DNA from: Escherichia coli | GTDB taxonomy: Bacteria; Pseudomonadota; Gammaproteobacteria; Enterobacterales; Enterobacteriaceae | Length of the DNA stretch: 7,579 nt | NCBI RefSeq assembly: GCF_003334305.1 | Contig: NZ_QOWS01000045.1 | Strand: one strand, 5' to 3' | Part shown: positions 7,568-7,579 of the stretch, piece by piece | Position numbering within the stretch: the stretch's first letter is position 1 | How the letters are laid out: each line of letters starts with the position of its first letter | Translations under genes and position numbers: made by a program | The notes under the pieces: model-generated | Databases searched by the model: none | What the model was told of the DNA's origin: nothing | Seen by the model: only the letters and a program-made list of their open reading frames with translations

Positions 7568-7579
7568 ATGACAAAAACA
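7568..7579 (+). CDS. 5' end of a plus-strand gene running off the window (MTKT...)
   Basis: ATG 7568..7570 is preceded by GAGGTG (7556..7561) with a 6-nt spacer. Only 4 codons are in the window, so the product is unknown. This ATG is in the same frame as the open stretch 7319..7537, separated only by the TGA at 7538. Confidence 0.3.

Overview
This window reads as the cargo region of an enterobacterial-type integrative island. On the minus strand, an AlpA-family regulator gene (527..766) sits upstream of a truncated YfjP/YkfA/YeeP-family GTPase fragment (62..361); from memory these form part of the conserved backbone of CP4-57-like islands. The main cargo is a minus-strand cassette (2029..6838) led by a 1283-aa protein with three parts: an N-terminal Mrr-like PD-(D/E)xK nuclease signature (DGGID...QAK), a central P-loop STAND/AAA+-type NTPase (Walker A GLSGVGKT, Walker B IMILDN, GNAR lid motif) and a long helical C-terminal region. 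That is the architecture of antiviral STAND (Avs-like) defence proteins. It is followed by two smaller co-oriented ORFs (248 aa with a strong RBS; 104 aa overlapping it in another frame) and a hairpin terminator. A compositionally distinct, AT-rich 293-aa orphan gene (880..1761, +) converges on the cassette. Upstream of the large gene is an AT-rich region with no long ORF (6839..7305) containing a perfect 9-2-9 palindrome, then a plus-strand small reading frame that is interrupted at an A5 run, and a new plus-strand gene start at the window edge. No rRNA, tRNA or CRISPR array was seen. All family assignments come from motifs read in the translations and from memory of those families; no database search was run.
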